DNA from: Octopus vulgaris
Taxonomy: Eukaryota
Direction: 5' to 3'
Length of the DNA stretch: 64,000 bases
NCBI GenBank assembly: GCA_951406725.2
Contig: OX597843.1
Location: forward strand, 14,756,001-14,820,000
The notes under the pieces are model-generated. The model saw only the letters and a list, made by a program, of their open reading frames with translations, was not told where the DNA came from and did no database searches. The translations under genes and the position numbers were made by a program. Within the stretch, counting starts at the first letter, position 1; the number at the start of each line of letters is the position of its first letter. This document shows positions 58,910-64,000 of the stretch, one piece after another.

Positions 58910-59665
58910 AAGACTGTGCTTTTAGCCTTGAGAGATCTTCTCATATAGACAGACAGTGCATAAAAGTTCCGTGCACATAGATCATAGCAGTGCTGGAACT
59001 TGCATATCACAGGATTTCTGTCTGTTGGACCTCATCAGTGAGAGGTGACTGGTGACTGCATACCTGTCAAATCAAATCTCACTGCTATCATATATAGAAT
59101 ATCAGCATCTATTCAGACACTGATATCACAAATAAACAACAGGCTTATCAAAAATTAATTAATACCAATGGAAGCAGTATTTGTACCAAAAGCCAACCGT
59201 TAGAGCCAATTTAAAGTGGATGTCTTCTTAAAACACTGAATACTGTGGTAATTGCCTTGAAAATCCTTGCATATAGGTACATGGTACATAAAACCACAAA
59301 CATAAATTGTAGCAGTTGAGAATCATCTGTTATGGGTGCGGGAACTCTCATTACACGTGATTTCAGTCTGCTGAGCCTCATCAAGTGGAGGCATCCAGTG
59401 AATGCATAGCAGCCAAATCTTGCTGCATTGATATATGGAACATCAGCATCTATTCAGAGAGAGAAACTGCAAATAGCCAGCAGGCTTATCAAATATTAAT
59501 TATTGTTGACAGAAGCAGTTTTAGTACCAAAAGGCAATCTTTATATCCAACTTAAAATGGATGTTTGTTAAAATTCTGAAAACTGAGATAATCGTCTTGG
59601 GAGATCCTGGCATGTTGATACATGGTGCATAAAAAGCACAGACATATTGAATCAGCATCAGTTAA
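58910..59665 (-). ncRNA. Decayed tandem ~346-bp repeat with type I hammerhead ribozyme motifs (retrozyme-like)
   Basis: Minus strand CUCUCA-CUGAUGA-GGUC-CAACA-GACA-GAAA-UCCUGUGA-UA at 58999-59044, with a second copy at 59345-59391. Confidence 0.6.
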
Positions 59666-60069
59666 CACATCTTCCATGATGGCACGAGTTGATTGGTTCA
59701 ATGGTTTAAAGGGATCCAATGAGCCTGTCAGACCAACCAACTATGCCAGCATGGAAAGATTAAGAGTCATCGAGGCCCTAAGCACTCAAAAGGTTTTGGT
59801 GCCCCCATAAAAGATTATGTAATTCAAAATAGAAACAAAAAACAAACCATGAAATAAGTTCTTATTTTTCAAAACGAAACAAAACAGTAAAAGGGAAAAT
59901 AAGGTTTAATTTTTGTCTCCTTCCATTTTATTTAGATTTGAAACGGTTCCTCCTACTTTTTGGAATTGCAAAGTCTTTGATCAGATCCTCAAAATTAATC
60001 TTTGGTAACACATCTGCATCTATACTCAGCAGAGATAAAGGCATCTCGAATATTATTTTAGCAAGTTTA

Positions 60070-60300
60070 AAGGAGGTGAGCTGGCAGAATCGTTAGAACA
60101 TCAGGCAAAATGCTTATGTATTTCGTCTGCCGTTACATTCTGAGTTCAAATTCTGTCGAGGTCGACTTTGCCTTTCATCCTTTCGGGGTCGATAAATTAA
60201 GTAACAGTTATGCACTGGGGTCGATATAATCGACTTAATCTGTTTGTCTGTCCTTGTTTGTCCTCTCTGTGTTTAGCCCTTGTGGGTAGTAAAGAAACAA
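60070..60300 (+). mobile_element. SINE family B
   Basis: Matches 30896-31125. Confidence 0.88.
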
Positions 60301-60432
60301 GTTTAAAGTGATTTCTTTTGTGCTGTGAACCATTTACCATTTCTGTGGTGCCCCTCCCCTCCTTCCCTTGATGCCCTTGGCACGTGCTTATTTAGCTTAA
60401 TGGTTAATCCAGCACTCTGTGTGTGTGTGTGT

Positions 60433-60775
60433 GTAATTATATTAAAGGATACACGAAGCACCAGCTTACTATAAACTGGAAGTAAAGACTCCAAACTTAA
60501 CCACCAATCTCACTGAAAGTATGTAATGGACCAACAGAAATCAGGCAAACAAATGGAATTTAACGTACAATCTCAGCTAAAAACCTGTAGAATAAGGTAA
60601 CAGATATACCTGTAGGCCGATTTCTCCGAGAGACAGGCCTACAGGTGTAGCTAGGATAATATGTTAAATTCCATTTGTTTTTTACGATTTCCATTATATA
60701 TTTCCATTGAGATTGATGGTTAAGTTTGGAGTTTTTACTTAAGCTGGTGCTTCATGTACCCCCTAATACAATTAA
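60433..60775. repeat. Fold-back/MITE-like palindrome (~340 bp)
   Basis: gaagcaccagctta / taagctggtgcttc; actccaaacttaacca / tggttaagtttggagt; aaacaaatggaatttaac / gttaaattccatttgttt; central acctgtaggcc / ggcctacaggt. Confidence 0.85.
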
Positions 60776-60864
60776 GAATTTATTGTATAGTTGTTTAATG
60801 CTAATATTGCTTGCTGCCACAAATGGTATTATTATTGTTATTATCAATTATTTAGATTTGCCGG

Positions 60865-61760
<896 letters not shown>

Positions 61761-61794
61761 ATATACCCATTCTTATACATATATATATATATAT

Positions 61795-63128
61795 ATGTAT
61801 GAATGTATGTGTGTATGTGTGTATGTATGTATGTGTGTATGTATGTACGAATGTATGTATGAATGTATCTATGTATGAATGTATGAATGTATGTATGTAT
61901 GTATGTATGTATGTATGTATGTATGTATGTATGTATGTATGTATGTATGTATGTATGTATGTATGTATGATGTATGTATGTATGTATGTATGTATGTATG
62001 TATGTGTGTGTGTATGTATGTATGCATGTATGTATGTATGTATGTATGTATGTATGTATGTATGTATGTATGTATGTATGTATGTATGTATGTATGTATG
62101 TATGTGTATGTATTTATGTATTTATGTATGTATGTATGTATGTGTATGTATGTATGTATGTATGTATGTATGTATGTATGTATGTATGTGTATGTATGTA
62201 TATATGTATGTAAGTATGAATGCATGTATGTATGTATGAATGTATGTATGTATGTATGTATGTATGTATGTATGTATGTATGTATGTATGTATGTATGTA
62301 TGTATGTATGTATGTATGTATGTATGTATGTATGAATGTATGTGTATGTATGTATGTATGTATGTATGTATGTATGTATGAATGTATGTATGAATGTATG
62401 TATGTATGTATGTTTGTATGTATGTAAGTATGAATGCATGTATGAATGTATGTATGTATGTATGTATGTATGTATGAATGTATGTATGTATGTATGTATG
62501 TATGTATGTATGTATGTATGTATGTATGTATGTATGTATGTATGTATGTATTTATGTATGTATGTATGTGTATGTATGTATGTATGTATGTATGTATGTA
62601 TGTATGTATGTATGTATGTATGTATGTATGTATGTATGTATGTATGAATGTATGTATGAATGTATGTATGTATGTATGTTTGTATGTATGTATGTATGTA
62701 TGAATGAATGTATGTTCATATGTATGTACGCATGTATGTATGTATGTGTATGTATATATGTATGTAAGTATGAATGCATGTATGTATGTATGTATGTATG
62801 TATGTATGTATGTATGTATGTATGTATGTATGTATGTATGTATGTATGTATGTATGTATGTATGTATGTATGTATGTATGTATGTATGTATTTATGTATG
62901 TATGTATGTGTATGTATGTTCCGTTGGTCGGATCAACCGGAACCCTAGTCGTCGTAACCGACGGAGTGCTTCCATCCATGTATGTATGAATGTATGTATT
63001 TTTGTATATATGTACATAGGTATGTGCGTATGTATGTATGTATGTATGTATGTATGTATGTATGTATGTACGTATATATGTATATATGTATGTACGTATT
63101 TATGTAAGTATGTATATATGTATTTATG

Positions 63129-63160
<32 letters not shown>

Positions 63161-63412
63161 AATGTATGTATGTATGTATGTATGAATGTATGTATGTATG
63201 AATGTATGTATGTATGAATGTATGTATGTGAGTGTATGTATGTATGTATGTATGTATGTATGAATGTATGTATGTATGTATGAATGTATGTATGTGAGTG
63301 TATGTATGTATGTATGAATGTATGTATGTGAGTGTATGTATGTATGTATGAATGTATGTATGTGAGTGTATGTATGTATGTATGTATATATGTATGTATA
63401 TATTTATGTATA
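61795..63412. repeat. (TATG)n tetranucleotide tract, ~1.6 kb
   Basis: Directly visible. A short SINE-C tail fragment sits at 62917-62972. Confidence 0.97.
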
Positions 63413-63867
63413 TGTGCAGATTTGTATGTTTTGAAGTTTTATTTAGGCATAGTGTATCTTGGACTACATTATTTAAAGTGTCCTTCTTTAATGCTGTTGT
63501 TTAACCCCAGGTCTGTCTGGATCCAGCAGACCGTTGGCCAAAGATGTTCCAGCTGTGACCAACCTGCCTTTTAATCAGTCATGGTGTATCTAAGACTACA
63601 ACATCTAATGTATCCTTCTGTGTTGTTGTTGCTGTTTAACCCCAGGCCAGACCTGATCCAGCAGACCTATGATCACTATAAGGCTATCCTATCTTTTATT
63701 CAGGCACAATGTATCTAGGACTACGTTATCTAATGTCCTTCCTTGTTTTTTTATTGTTTTTGACCCAAGGTAACATTTAAACAAACAAACCCTATGAATC
63801 AAAGACACTCCATCCATGACATTCTCGTCTTTTTTCCATCTTACATTATGCAAAAAAATATGGAGCA

Positions 63868-64000
63868 GGTGCTGAAAAGCTCCTGGCTTTAAGGGCTTTG
63901 CTGAAAAGCTCCTGGTTTTAAGGGCTTTGCTGAAAAGCTCCTGGTTTTAAGGGCTTTGCTGAAAAGCTCCTGGTTTTAAGGGCTTTGCTGAAAAGCTCCT
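63868..64000. repeat. 29-bp tandem repeat running off the window end
   Basis: gctgaaaagctcctggttttaagggcttt, ~4.5 copies. Confidence 0.93.

Noticed and set aside
60601-60655. miR-993/miR-10-family hairpin
   Set aside because: Only a partial CCTGTAG/CTACAGG resemblance. It is the centre of a larger fold-back repeat.

Overview
This is eukaryotic, AT-rich, extremely repeat-dense DNA. The SINE families, LINE remnants and microsatellite load look like an Octopus (cephalopod) intergenic or intronic region; that assignment is inference from recognisable repeat families, not a database match. I can support no intact protein-coding gene, rRNA or tRNA gene, and almost all ORFs in the track are translations of microsatellites. 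The window holds tRNA-derived SINEs of at least four types, fragments of RTE, CR1-like and restriction-like-endonuclease LINEs, Helitrons (one carrying a decayed Pif1-type helicase), mariner remnants, a MITE pair, a solo LTR, and tandem arrays with 65, 17, 27 and 29 bp units. Three features stand out. (1) A ~1.03 kb, ~99% identical inverted repeat (33920-34948 / 48087-49110) encloses 13 kb and is built from diverged, structure-conserving ~300-410 nt units of unknown identity (candidate hairpin-RNA or viroid-like locus). (2) A decayed ~346 bp tandem repeat carries type I hammerhead ribozyme motifs (retrozyme-like, 58910-59665). (3) A dispersed family of minimal hammerhead-like motifs shows compensatory stem-I changes. 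All alignments and folds were done by eye, and coordinates are approximate to a few bases.
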